DNA from: Desulfatiglandales bacterium
GTDB taxonomy: Bacteria > Desulfobacterota > DSM-4660 > Desulfatiglandales > Desulfatiglandaceae
Assembly: GCA_963666345.1 (NCBI GenBank)
Contig: OY762721.1
Location: forward strand, 2,496,001 to 2,560,000
Length of the DNA stretch: 64,000 nt
Reading direction: 5' to 3'
Part shown: piece after piece, positions 17,955-28,135 of the stretch
Layout of the letters: every line of letters begins with the position of its first letter
Numbering within the stretch: the first letter of the stretch is position 1
Position numbers and translations under genes: made by a program
Notes under the pieces: model-generated
Databases searched by the model: none
What the model saw: only the letters and a program-made list of their open reading frames with translations
What the model was told of the DNA's origin: nothing

Positions 17955-17968
17955 ACAATAAGAGATAA

Positions 17969-17998
17969 CATATAACAGACCAATGTATCGGTTGTCAA
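17969..17998 (-). promoter_or_regulatory. Probable tRNA promoter
   Basis: TTGACA followed by TGnTATATG about 15 nt upstream of the tRNA. Confidence 0.5.
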
Positions 17999-18042
17999 AT
18001 ATAAATTTGTTCATCATCCAATCAAGCCGGACCGCAATAGTA

Positions 18043-19572
18043 TCATATCCCGGCCGGAAGAAGGATCGAAAACGTGGTACCCTCTCCAGGCCGGCTCGTT
18101 GCCGAGATATCACCATCATGGGCACTTACGATCTTGTAGGATATGGAAAGGCCCAGACCTGATCCTTTTTCCCTTGTAGTGAAAAAGGGCTCGAATATAT
18201 TGAAAAGATTTTCTTCCGATATCCCTATGCCCTCGTCCTTTATCGTGATTTCAACGCCGTTGGGGATCTTTTTACTGGTTATGGCTATTTCCCCCCCACC
18301 TTCCATGGCCTCTATCCCGTTACCTATCACATTCATGAAGACCTGCTTCAGCTTGTCGGGGTCACAATTTATTTCCGGTAGATCCGGGGCCAGATCATGG
18401 GTGAATCCGTACTTGTCCGGGGAGTAAAGCTCTCCCATAATCTTCAATACATCCCTGATTACGTCATTAATGTCCGAAGGCCTTTTTACCAGCCTGTATT
18501 CCTTTGTAAAATCCCCCAGGTTTCTTACCAGCTTTTCAAGCCTGGTTACCTCATCGAGTACCATGTCCAGTTTTCTTATGGCCGATTCATCGCTCAGGCC
18601 CCTTTTTACCTGATGGGAAAACCCCCCTATTATCATAAGGGGATTTTTTATCTCATGCGCCACACTGGCCACTGTCTTTCCGACTGCTGCCAGCCTTTCA
18701 GCCTGAAGGAGTTTCTTCTCCAGCTCCTTCTGCTCTGTCATGTCTCTTATTATGGCGGTAAAGGTGATTCCGTCGGTTGTCTCATTGTGGGAAAGGCCAA
18801 GCTCGATCGGGAACTCCTCACCGTTTTTTCTAAGCGCGGTCAGAGAGATGGTCTCCCCGATGATCCTGGGTTTTTTTGTTTCTAGGAATTTTTTTACATA
18901 TTTGTAATGATCACCATACTGAGGAGGTATCAGTATCCTCAGGTCTTTGTTGAGCACCTCTTTAAGTGTATAGCCGAATATGTACTTGGCCGCGTTATTG
19001 AACAGAATAATCTTGTGAGACTCGTTTACGCTCAGGATCGCGTCGGTGGCGTTGTCGAGGATCGCTCTCAGATTCTTCTCGGAACTCTGGAGCTTGTTTA
19101 TCAGGTTTCTTTGCGCGGTTACGTCTCTGGAGATTTCCACAAAGCAGTCGGGGATCTCCCCGTTTGCCTTGAGGGGATACATGATCCGGATTGTTTCCCT
19201 CTTTTTCCCCGGAGGGCCGTACAGGTGGCTTACTTCCACCCTGCGCCCGTCTTTTTTCGCCTTTTCCAGGGGGCAGACGCAGTCTCCGAAATCGCAGGGC
19301 CCCTTGGAATTGTATGTGACCTCATAACATTTCCTTCCGGTCACATCTTTTTTATCAAGACCGTATTGCTCAAGAAACACCTTGTTGACGTCAAGGATGT
19401 TGAAGTCCTGATCAATAATCATGATCTCTTCATGTATCTCCTTGAAGATGGTATCGAGAAAAAGACTGTTGGTCCGCATCTTCTCGATTTCCCGTTCCTT
19501 TTTTTTAATCGTCTCTTTGAGCCGGGAGACTTCAGCCCGGCTTTCTCTTAACAGTTCTCTTTCCATGGGCAT
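18043..19572 (-). CDS. Cytoplasmic PAS-PAS sensor histidine kinase
   Basis: Two PAS domains, 'SVAHEIKNPL', 'QVFMNVIGNG', 'DEGIGI', 'GSGLGL'. Confidence 0.92.
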   Translation of the reverse strand: MPMERELLRESRAEVSRLKETIKKKEREIEKMRTNSLFLDTIFKEIHEEIMIIDQDFNILDVNKVFLEQYGLDKKDVTGRKCYEVTYNSKGPCDFGDCVCPLEKAKKDGRRVEVSHLYGPPGKKRETIRIMYPLKANGEIPDCFVEISRDVTAQRNLINKLQSSEKNLRAILDNATDAILSVNESHKIILFNNAAKYIFGYTLKEVLNKDLRILIPPQYGDHYKYVKKFLETKKPRIIGETISLTALRKNGEEFPIELGLSHNETTDGITFTAIIRDMTEQKELEKKLLQAERLAAVGKTVASVAHEIKNPLMIIGGFSHQVKRGLSDESAIRKLDMVLDEVTRLEKLVRNLGDFTKEYRLVKRPSDINDVIRDVLKIMGELYSPDKYGFTHDLAPDLPEINCDPDKLKQVFMNVIGNGIEAMEGGGEIAITSKKIPNGVEITIKDEGIGISEENLFNIFEPFFTTREKGSGLGLSISYKIVSAHDGDISATSRPGEGTTFSILLPAGI

Positions 19573-20165
19573 CCTCCCACACAGGGACAGTAAAAGACAT
19601 ATTCACGCGCGAGGATATCAAACATCTCTTCCGTCCCGGACCTTATGGTTTTGTACAGGTCTTCAAGGCTGCGGGCCTTCTTGAGGTTGCATCTGTATTC
19701 AGGCTCATTGAAGAATTGAGAGTCAATGGGAAGCAGAATCTGATCCATGGATCCGTACCAGTAGAGATTCAGCTCTTTTTTCATTGAGAAGACCTTCTTG
19801 TACATGCTGCGTAAGATGTCGGTGCGAAGGACCGAATTTACCTGATTGATCATGCAGTCCATAAGTCCTATCAGGTAATAGACCCGCCGCATCTTTTCCT
19901 CGTCATTTCTGTAAAGATAGATCGCACGGATGGAATAGCCAAGGCCCCCCTTAAGGGCAAAATGAGGGGGTATGGACCAGGCCCCTTTTCCCCCGTGTCT
20001 TCGTATCTGCTCTCTGTGCTCCTCGAGCTTTTCCGCCAGGGGGTTCAGAACCTGGATGAAATGAGATGTATCCCAGTCGGATTTCCTGAATTGCCATGGA
20101 ATCGATGAGATAACGTTGCCCTTGATTTCCCGGATCCTTTCCTTGAGATGGATGATTTCGGCCAT
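19548..20165 (-). CDS. Hypothetical protein
   Basis: 205-aa ORF between xerD and the kinase, same strand, overlapping the kinase start. Confidence 0.65.
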   Translation of the reverse strand: MAEIIHLKERIREIKGNVISSIPWQFRKSDWDTSHFIQVLNPLAEKLEEHREQIRRHGGKGAWSIPPHFALKGGLGYSIRAIYLYRNDEEKMRRVYYLIGLMDCMINQVNSVLRTDILRSMYKKVFSMKKELNLYWYGSMDQILLPIDSQFFNEPEYRCNLKKARSLEDLYKTIRSGTEEMFDILAREYVFYCPCVGGCPWKENC

Positions 20166-20197
20166 TACAGTTGCCTTTAAAAATTACTGGTTATGCC

Positions 20198-21079
20198 TCA
20201 GGGCCTTGGATGACACTTCTCGTGTAGCTCCTTGAGGCGCGATCTTGTCACATGGGTGTATATCTGGGTAGTGGAGATATCCGTGTGCCCGAGCATTACC
20301 TGCACGGATCTCAGATCCGCGCCAGCCTCAAGCAGGTGGCTCGCAAAGGAGTGTCTTATGCTGTGGGGCGTTATCCTCTTTTTGATAAGTGCCTCTTTCC
20401 CGTAATTTTTGATAAGCTTCCAGAAACCCTGACGTGTCATTGGCCTGCCCCTTGCGGTCAAAAAGATCTGCGAGACCAGACGGTCCTTTAAAAAACCGGG
20501 TCTCGCACCTGATAGATACTCCCTGAGGGCCTCAATCGATTTGTCTCCCATAGGCACCACCCTTTCCTTTGACCCCTTTCCCATGGTTTTAACAAATCCC
20601 GCTTCCAGATTACACTCGGAAAGTTTCAGGTTTATGAGCTCAGAGACCCTCAGACCTGTGGCGTAGAGAAGCTCCAGCATGGCCCTGTCCCTCATCCCCC
20701 TTGGTACGGTTTTGTCAGGCTGTGATAAAAGCCTTTCAACTTCCCTCTGGCTTAACACTCCCGGGAGTTTCTTGGGCAGTTTCGGGGATTCAAGCAGCCT
20801 TGCCGGATTTTTCTTTATCTCCTTTACGGACAACAAAAACCGGAAGAACATCCTGATTACTGAAGCGTTTCTTACGATGCTCCTTGAAGAAAGCCTGTTG
20901 CCCAGATGATTTATGTATTCCGAGATCTCCTCTCCCGTGACGCGGAACGGGGAGGTCTTTTTCCTGCTCAGAAAATCAAAAAATCTGTTCAGATCCCTGC
21001 TGTAGGCCTCAACCGTGTTGCCGGCAAGGCCACGCTCTATCTTGAGATGGTTCAAAAACCGGTCCGCCGTTTCGTTCAT
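20198..21079 (-). CDS. xerD: Tyrosine recombinase XerD
   Basis: 'ERGLAGNTVEAYSRDL', 'LELLYATGLRVSEL', 'HSIRHSFASHLL', 'LGHTDISTTQIYTHV', 'HPR'. Confidence 0.92.
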   Translation of the reverse strand: MNETADRFLNHLKIERGLAGNTVEAYSRDLNRFFDFLSRKKTSPFRVTGEEISEYINHLGNRLSSRSIVRNASVIRMFFRFLLSVKEIKKNPARLLESPKLPKKLPGVLSQREVERLLSQPDKTVPRGMRDRAMLELLYATGLRVSELINLKLSECNLEAGFVKTMGKGSKERVVPMGDKSIEALREYLSGARPGFLKDRLVSQIFLTARGRPMTRQGFWKLIKNYGKEALIKKRITPHSIRHSFASHLLEAGADLRSVQVMLGHTDISTTQIYTHVTRSRLKELHEKCHPRP

Positions 21080-21171
21080 CTTCCTGTTCACTGATGCAGC
21101 CCTTTTTGATTCCCCACCTTTATTATGATTAAGCATGGTTTCTCCGGTATTGGAATAAAATTCCCTAGAGA

Positions 21172-22296
21172 TCAGAATTCATTGAGATGATCGGTTTTTG
21201 TAATTACCCTGGCCCCGTCCGGCCCTATCACAACCGTTTCTTCCAGCCTTACCCCGCCCGTGCCCGGGATATATATGCCCGGCTCCACCGTTACTACCAT
21301 CCCCTGCTCCAGCGTGACCGGCTTCAGCGGGCTGAGCCTCGGTCCTTCATGCGTCGCAAGCCCCACGCCGTGGCCCAGGCCGTGGCCGAAGTATTTTCCA
21401 TAGCCCGCGGCATCTATGATCTTTCTTGCCACGGTATCCGGATGGCTGCTTTTGACTCCAGGGGCCACATGTTTTAGCGCCTCGAGCTGCGCCTTGCGCA
21501 CGGTGCGGTAAACCTTCTTAATCTCATCGTCCGGTTCTCCCAGAAAGACGGTCCTTGTTATGTCGGAGCAGTATCCGTTAAGCCTTACTCCCACATCGAG
21601 TGTCACCGGTTCGTTTTCTTTGAGCCTTCGCCCTGTCGGTACCGCGTGCGGCATGGCGCTGTTGGGGCCGGAGGCGACAATGGATGGAAAGGCCAGTGAT
21701 TCCGCCCCCGCTTTGCGGGCCATGTCCTCAATCATCCATGCCACTTCCTTTTCAGACAGACCCGGTTCAAGAAGCGAGATGACATCTTCGAGAATTGCGG
21801 AGATCATTTCAGCGGAGGTCTCAAGCGCCTTTATCTCGCTTTCGTCCTTTATCTCCCTCATCTTTTCAACAACACCGGAGAAGGGAAGAAGCGCTATCTC
21901 GGGCGACAGCTCTTTAAGTGCACTGCCGAGTCGCTTGTGCACCTGCCAGGTAAGGTAATCAGGCTCAAATCCGAGCCTTTTTACGCCGGCCCGTTCAAGG
22001 ATCGCGGGCAGTTCCTCTGTGATGCCTTTTTTTATGGTAATTATTTCAAATGCGGGCGCTTCCGCCTGTGCCTGCACCGTATACCTTGAGTCCGTAACAA
22101 GGAAAAGATGCCTTTCATCTATAAGTAATGAGCCGGATGACTCGGTTATCTGGGTGTCTTCCGCCCTGTATCCTGAAAGATAACGCCTGTTTTCAGGCTG
22201 AATAATCCATGCTCCGTCGTTACGTGAATCTTTCAGGTGCCGCCTCAGCGCCTCCAGCCTTTTAAGCTGATGATTTTCTTCCACGTGAGTCTTCAA
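21172..22296 (-). CDS. Xaa-Pro aminopeptidase (M24B)
   Basis: 'TDSRY', 'YCSDITRT', 'FGHGLGHGVG', 'HEGP', 'TVEPGIY', 'GVRLEE'. Confidence 0.92.
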   Translation of the reverse strand: MKTHVEENHQLKRLEALRRHLKDSRNDGAWIIQPENRRYLSGYRAEDTQITESSGSLLIDERHLFLVTDSRYTVQAQAEAPAFEIITIKKGITEELPAILERAGVKRLGFEPDYLTWQVHKRLGSALKELSPEIALLPFSGVVEKMREIKDESEIKALETSAEMISAILEDVISLLEPGLSEKEVAWMIEDMARKAGAESLAFPSIVASGPNSAMPHAVPTGRRLKENEPVTLDVGVRLNGYCSDITRTVFLGEPDDEIKKVYRTVRKAQLEALKHVAPGVKSSHPDTVARKIIDAAGYGKYFGHGLGHGVGLATHEGPRLSPLKPVTLEQGMVVTVEPGIYIPGTGGVRLEETVVIGPDGARVITKTDHLNEF

Positions 22297-22440
22297 ATCC
22301 TTTCTCCCCCTTAAATCCCGGCCCGGATAATGAGCCCTTTTGCTGGGGTCCTGTTTTTTGATTAAAAAATGCAGTTTACATAATATTACAACTCATCATA
22401 ACAGAGGTAAATGGGCAATGCAATTTCCGGTTACGGCGGT

Positions 22441-22470
22441 TGACAGAAAAGACACCTCCTGCTACTACTC
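22441..22470 (+). promoter_or_regulatory. Possible sigma70 promoter upstream of the RNase II gene
   Basis: TTGACA-17-TACTAC preceded by TG. Confidence 0.4.
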
Positions 22471-22784
22471 AATTAGTTAAAGGGGTATCCCTCCTTTTTT
22501 CAGTGTCTTTTGAAGGTCCTGATAATTGCATAGACTTTTTACGGGTCCATAGATTTTGGATCGTCCTCCTTTTATTATTTTAGGATCATTTCCCGATCAG
22601 TTGGTCGCGGACATGACTGAACAAGGAGATTGTCGTTAATTAAGAGGGTGTGAACCAAAAGGATTCAAGGGGTACTTGCACCGTCTTCTCCAACCGGGTT
22701 GGAGAAAAATTATTTTTTAAGATCGCAGGCCGTTGTGCTACAGGGAACGGTTTTGCCCGGTATGAAAGGAAATCCGACTCTCAC

Positions 22785-24758
22785 ATGACGCAAGGTAGAA
22801 TAGTCGAGTACATAGATCAGGGAAAATTCGTATCCTCCATCTGCCTCCAGGATAAGGGCAGCAGGCTTCACCTGCTTACTACCACAAACCGGGAGGTAAA
22901 TCTTTCTCCCAAAAGGGCAATACTGATCTCAGGCAGCGGTATTAATATTGAAAGGCCGAGGGAACAGCTTATAGAACTGTTGAGGCAGACCGAAGAGATA
23001 AGGATCAACCTGAAAAAACATATAAACCCCGAAGAGCTCTGGGAGCTTATAAAAGAGGAAAGCGAGAGCTTTAATCACAGGTATCTGGCGCAACTGGTGT
23101 TTGGAGAAGACATCACGGATGATCACCTTTCAGCCCTGGTTCGCACCCTTTTCGAGGACCACCTCTACTTCAGGATGAAAGACGGCAGGTTTATTCCCAA
23201 CTCCGAAACGACAGTGGAGCAGATTATCCTCCGGAGAAGGGAAGAGGAACAAAAGGCGGAGAGGCTCAAAAAGGGAAGTGAATGGCTCAAGTGTATTCTC
23301 CGGGGAGAAGAGACGCAGGAGCCCTCATGCAGCAGGGAAATAATCGATCTGCTCATTAAGGTCGCGCTTTCCGGCAGTGAAGAACCTGACTACAGGTTCG
23401 CAAAGGAGATGCTTTCAAGGGCCGGGGTGTCCGATACGCGTGAAACAAGAAGTGTCCTTATAAAAATGGGCGTCTGGGAGGAGGATGAGAATCTCGACTT
23501 CCTGCGACTGGGGACTGAGACGTCCTTCACAGACAGGGCACTTGAAGAAGCGGTAAAACTGGCGGAAAGGCCGGTCGATACAGATCGGGAAGACTTAAGA
23601 AAGATAGGGGCCTTTACCATTGACGGGCCCTTTACCAGGGATTTTGACGATGCCGTAAGCCTTGAGATCGAAGAAAATGAGTTCAGGCTCGGAATTCACA
23701 TATCGGATGTCTCATCCCTTATAGAGAAGGGCGGCCTGCTTGAGGCCGGGGCCCGCGCAAGGGGCGCTTCCATATACCTCCCCTGCACACAGGTGCCCAT
23801 GTTTCCTGAAACCCTCTGCCAGGGCAGGTTGAGCCTCATACAGGGAGAAGACAGGGAGGCCCTTTCGCTTATCTGCTGCTTTGATGGAGATCTTAATCTG
23901 GTAAGATACGATTTCAGACCGAGTGTGATAAAGGTTGAAAGACGTCTTACCTATGAGGAGGCAAACGAATTACTGGAGACCGATCTTTCTTTCAAATATA
24001 TGCACATGCTTGCTCAGGCGCTCAGGAAAAAGAGGATGGACATGGACGCCCTTGATCTGTCTCTTCCGGAGCTTCAGGTCAAATTTGAGGAGGACTCCCT
24101 GGCGCTTGAACTGAACGCGCAGGACAGCCCGGCCAGGGTTCTTATAGAAGAATTCATGATCCTTTACAACTGGCTTTGCGCGAGTTTTTGCAGGGACAAG
24201 GGTATCCCCGCCCTCTACAGGTCCCAGGCAAAGCCCGGAGCAAGGCTGTCCGTCGGTGAGGAGGGGTATACCTTTTATGTGTTCAAGCAGCTTCGCAAGC
24301 TGAGCCCCCTGCAGATCGGAGTAAAGCCGTCCGCGCATACCGGCCTTGGCCTGGATCTCTATACCCAGTGCACATCGCCTATCAGAAGATACCTCGATCT
24401 CATAATGCAGAATCAGGTCGTAAACCATCTTACGGGCGGCAACGGCCTGCTCAAGGATAAGGAGCTGGAGGATATAAGACTTCTCATAGAGCCCCTGATG
24501 AGGAATCTGGGGATCCTGAAGAGGAGTCGTATCAGGTACTGGACCTTGAAGTTTCTTTCTCAGAATCGTGGAAGACAATACAGCGCTCTTGTGCTGGATG
24601 AATTGAAGAGCAGGTACCGGATCTTATTGCTCGATTTTCTGCTCGTTGCCGAGATAAAGAGACAGGGCGGGGTTATCCTGAGCCAGGGTGAAGAGATCGC
24701 CGTGAAGGTGAAAAAGGTCGATCCCTGGAGTGATGAGCTTGAACTTTCCTATGCCTGA
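22785..24758 (+). CDS. RNase II/RNB-family exoribonuclease
   Basis: 'FTIDGPFTRDFDDAVS', 'IHISDV', 'EEFMI', 'HTGLGLDLYTQCTSPIRRYLDL'; likely start MTQGRIVEY. Confidence 0.9.
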   Translation: MTQGRIVEYIDQGKFVSSICLQDKGSRLHLLTTTNREVNLSPKRAILISGSGINIERPREQLIELLRQTEEIRINLKKHINPEELWELIKEESESFNHRYLAQLVFGEDITDDHLSALVRTLFEDHLYFRMKDGRFIPNSETTVEQIILRRREEEQKAERLKKGSEWLKCILRGEETQEPSCSREIIDLLIKVALSGSEEPDYRFAKEMLSRAGVSDTRETRSVLIKMGVWEEDENLDFLRLGTETSFTDRALEEAVKLAERPVDTDREDLRKIGAFTIDGPFTRDFDDAVSLEIEENEFRLGIHISDVSSLIEKGGLLEAGARARGASIYLPCTQVPMFPETLCQGRLSLIQGEDREALSLICCFDGDLNLVRYDFRPSVIKVERRLTYEEANELLETDLSFKYMHMLAQALRKKRMDMDALDLSLPELQVKFEEDSLALELNAQDSPARVLIEEFMILYNWLCASFCRDKGIPALYRSQAKPGARLSVGEEGYTFYVFKQLRKLSPLQIGVKPSAHTGLGLDLYTQCTSPIRRYLDLIMQNQVVNHLTGGNGLLKDKELEDIRLLIEPLMRNLGILKRSRIRYWTLKFLSQNRGRQYSALVLDELKSRYRILLLDFLLVAEIKRQGGVILSQGEEIAVKVKKVDPWSDELELSYA

Positions 24759-24819
24759 AGGTTGATAAAATCCCTGAAATGGGCATTTGGAGGCGAGCTC
24801 CGAGCGTTGAATTATCCGC

Positions 24820-25596
24820 CTAGGTATCTATCTTGACCTCGTATCTTTTCTCGAGCATCAGCTTCCCCTGCCTGTCGTATACGAACACCCTTATCGATGT
24901 GGGAACGGTTTCGGGAGAGTCGAAGTAATAGGTTCCCGTCATGGTCCTGAATCGGTTGATCGAGAAGCCCTGACCGCTCTTGAAATCTACCGGGGTCCCT
25001 TCCCTGATTGCCACCTTGGGGCTTGACCAGAGCTGGTGCGGTTCGACCTTTTCGTCTACCGCCACAATATGAACATAACCTGATACGGGGCCTTTTTCCT
25101 GAATCGCATTTACCAGCTTGAAGGCAACCGTTATCTGCGCCCCGTTCCTGGATATGCCGTAATCCCTTATTTCAACATCAGGTACACCCGCAGGCATTGA
25201 ATGTTCAGTCTCGGATTCATCCTCCGGTTTCCGCTCGTTATCCCCGGCGGGTTCCTTTGAAGACCCTTTTTCGGATGTAAGCATGTCCACGTGCCGGTTT
25301 AGAAGGGAGACCCTCTGCCTGGCACGGTAAAGCGCTTTTTCGCCGCTTTTAAGAGAGGCCCTCATTGCCTCTATCCGCAGATCCTGGTATGAGCATTTAC
25401 TGCGAAGATCAAAATATCCGTTTGCCATGAAAAGGGTGACCACGATATATAGCAGCATAAAGAAACCGGCCGAAAAGAGCATGAAGGCGGAGATCTTGAA
25501 TTCCCTTACTCTTCCGAGACGGCTCATTATCATTATGGTAAGCCTTGAACCTGTTTTTCTCGTTTTTGTCCTGGAGGTGTTACCTGGAAACGTCAT
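24820..25596 (-). CDS. Hypothetical membrane-anchored coiled-coil protein
   Basis: One N-terminal TM, coiled coil, beta-rich C-terminal domain. Confidence 0.65.
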   Translation of the reverse strand: MTFPGNTSRTKTRKTGSRLTIMIMSRLGRVREFKISAFMLFSAGFFMLLYIVVTLFMANGYFDLRSKCSYQDLRIEAMRASLKSGEKALYRARQRVSLLNRHVDMLTSEKGSSKEPAGDNERKPEDESETEHSMPAGVPDVEIRDYGISRNGAQITVAFKLVNAIQEKGPVSGYVHIVAVDEKVEPHQLWSSPKVAIREGTPVDFKSGQGFSINRFRTMTGTYYFDSPETVPTSIRVFVYDRQGKLMLEKRYEVKIDT

Positions 25597-25881
25597 TTGT
25601 TCCCTCCGTTAATCGGCCTTTTCAGATCCCCCGGTCTTTCAAATAAGGATCGATTCGAAGCAGGATGACTTTTTATGCGTGGCAAAAAGATACTCTCAAT
25701 GTATAGTATGCGTCCGCGGAAATCATGGGGGATAATAGTTGTTCTCATTTTTTCTCAATCTGTTGTCTGTCATGTCGGATTCGGCCTGGCAGATGAAATT
25801 AGCATGGGGCCTGTTTTAAGTCAATAAACGGCGGATCTTGTCTTAGCCCCTGATGCGGTTCCGGTAAAATCGAGGTGACAA

Positions 25882-27120
25882 TTGGATAGCACGCGATCAC
25901 ATGAAGGCGGTGTGAAAGGGCATGGAGGGCCGGACGCTTCACCCTTGAAAGACAGGGAGTCTTTTGCCTCGGTTCTGGGCCCCCTTCTTTTTCTTGCAGG
26001 CATCTTTTTCCTGAACTTTCTGGCACGGATAATCCTTGCTCCCCTTATGCCCGCCATCGAGGGGGATCTCAATTTAAGTCATGGTGAGGCGGGCTCCTTT
26101 TTTCTGTTCATATCGGCCGGTTATTTTATCACCCTTATATGTTCGGGTTTTTTCTCCAGGCATATCAGGCACAGTGGGGCCATAACCCTTTCCGCTCTTG
26201 CGGTCGGTGTCGCCTTATGGGGGATATGCCTCTGCAGTTCTTTAACCGCCATAAGGACGGGTCTGTTTGTCCTGGGCATGGCGGCGGGTATCTATCTTCC
26301 CTCGGGAATCGCGGCCATTACCTCCCTTGCCAGTTCAAGACACTGGGGCAAGGCCATAGCCGTGCATGAGCTTGCCCCGAACCTCTCATTTGTGGCTGCC
26401 CCGCTAATATGCGAGGGCCTTTTACTTTTCTTTTCCTGGAGGGGCATACTGTCTGTAATCGGTTTCGCATCGGTTGCGACGGCTATAGCCTTTGCCCTTT
26501 TCGGGAAAGGAGGGGACGGCAGGGGTGAGGCGCCAAGCTTCAGTGCCTTGAAGGTTTTTTTTTCCAAGCCCTCATTCTGGATCATGGTACTGCTTTTCAG
26601 CCTGGGGGTTGCGGGCAGTCTAGGAGTTTACACCATGCTGCCGCTTTACCTTGTAAATGAACAGGGTATAGACCGTAACTGGGCCAACACGCTAATCGCC
26701 GTTTCCAGGCTTTCAGGTCTTGGGGTCGCTTTTTTTTCCGGTTGGGTAACCGACCGTTTGGGACCGAAAAGGACATTGGCATGGGTGTTTTTGCTCACAG
26801 GCGCAACCACCATGCTGCTGGGCGCCACAAAAGGGACGACCGTGCTTTTCTTCATCTTCCTTCAACCCCTTATGGCGGTCTGTTTTTTTCCTCCGGCGTT
26901 TGCGGCCCTCGCCCTCATCGCAACGCCCGATACCAGGAACGTGGTCGTTTCACTGACGGTTCCGATGGGCTTCATGTTGGGAGGCGGAGCGGTTCCCATA
27001 GGGATCGGTCTTGCGGGCGATCTGGGTTCATTTGCCTGGGGAATCGCGGTCCTGGGTGGGCTAATAATCTCAGGTACGGCCCTGTCTCTGTGCCTCAGCT
27101 TTGACAGGCATAAGGAATAA
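25882..27120 (+). CDS. MFS transporter
   Basis: About 12 TM, 'GWVTDRLGPKR'; paralog of 47807-49039. Confidence 0.85.
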   Translation: MDSTRSHEGGVKGHGGPDASPLKDRESFASVLGPLLFLAGIFFLNFLARIILAPLMPAIEGDLNLSHGEAGSFFLFISAGYFITLICSGFFSRHIRHSGAITLSALAVGVALWGICLCSSLTAIRTGLFVLGMAAGIYLPSGIAAITSLASSRHWGKAIAVHELAPNLSFVAAPLICEGLLLFFSWRGILSVIGFASVATAIAFALFGKGGDGRGEAPSFSALKVFFSKPSFWIMVLLFSLGVAGSLGVYTMLPLYLVNEQGIDRNWANTLIAVSRLSGLGVAFFSGWVTDRLGPKRTLAWVFLLTGATTMLLGATKGTTVLFFIFLQPLMAVCFFPPAFAALALIATPDTRNVVVSLTVPMGFMLGGGAVPIGIGLAGDLGSFAWGIAVLGGLIISGTALSLCLSFDRHKE

Positions 27121-27802
27121 GCGTGTGACCGAAGGTCCACTTTTTGAGAGGACATTCATCGCAGAGAGGTCTTTTTTTGCAGTAATGTTTTCCTGTTTGA
27201 ACTATCAGGGCGTGAAATTCATTGAAAAGGCCCGCTTCCGGGGTAATATTATCCATGAAAAGCGCCTGAAGGTCCTCATAGCCTGCCATCGATTCCGCCA
27301 GTCCGTGGCGCAGCAGTATCCTCCTGGTATAGGCATCGATTACAAAGACGGGGTGTCTTGCCGCGTAAAGCATAATGCTGTCCGCGGTCTCAGGGCCTAT
27401 TCCCTTCACCGAGAGAAGTCCTTTCCTGAGAGCGGCGGTGTCGTCGGAAAATGCCTTTGAAAGCCCCGCGTATCGGGTGTTTATGAACACAACGAGGTTT
27501 TTTAATCGATCAGCCTTGATATTGTAATAACCGGAAGGCCTGATCCTGTCTGCGAGGTCTTCGGTGGTAACCGCGGCAAGGGCCTCAAGAGTGAGCATGC
27601 CTTTTTTCTTTAGATTGCCTATGGCTTTTTCCACGTTTTTCCAGTTGGTATTCTGGGTAAGCACCGCTCCAACGATCACCTCAAAGGGGGTGTCGGCAGG
27701 CCACCATTTTTGAGGGCCGAAATGATCCTGCAGAAGCGAAAACATCTCTTTAAGGCTTGCGCCTGAAGGAATTCCCTTATATTCGGAATCTTTTTTGTTC
27801 AT
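27095..27802 (-). CDS. HhH-GPD endonuclease III-related DNA glycosylase
   Basis: 'GAVLTQNTNWKNV', 'LLSVKGIGPETADSI', 'VIDAYT', C-terminal 'CKKRPLCDECPL'. Confidence 0.88.
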   Translation of the reverse strand: MNKKDSEYKGIPSGASLKEMFSLLQDHFGPQKWWPADTPFEVIVGAVLTQNTNWKNVEKAIGNLKKKGMLTLEALAAVTTEDLADRIRPSGYYNIKADRLKNLVVFINTRYAGLSKAFSDDTAALRKGLLSVKGIGPETADSIMLYAARHPVFVIDAYTRRILLRHGLAESMAGYEDLQALFMDNITPEAGLFNEFHALIVQTGKHYCKKRPLCDECPLKKWTFGHTLIPYACQS

Positions 27803-27973
27803 CTGTTTTTTTCATGATAAAAATCGTTTGCCATGCTCGGCCTATCGTACATATGCCCGGACATGGCTTTTGGGCGCCTTTTATCAAACGTCTTGCCGGT
27901 TTCCGGGAATTATACCGGACCGATTTGCCTTCAGACCTATTCCTGAATCAGACGGCCGACCGGGCGGATTGCC

Positions 27974-28002
27974 TTGACAGGGAAGGTAAGATACCTTAAA
28001 TT
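27974..28002 (+). promoter_or_regulatory. Probable promoter of the EF-G paralog
   Basis: TTGACA-17-TAAATT. Confidence 0.5.
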
Positions 28003-28135
28003 TAGCGGTTGTGTCAATCGTCCGTGAACCGGGTAGTTATCCGTTTCCGGCAAATTCCCTCCCATCTTCCAATTAATAGAGAAGTGAACGTTTACCTGGA
28101 AATTCATGGGATAACCGGATAGAAGGCAGGATGTC

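Noticed and set aside
18397..19551. Long antisense ORFs (also 23970-24578, 43539-44267, 52174-53743)
   Set aside because: Reverse-strand shadows of well-supported genes
20198..21136. Tyrosine recombinase as island integrase
   Set aside because: Canonical XerD motifs and size, on the 5' side of the tRNA in housekeeping context
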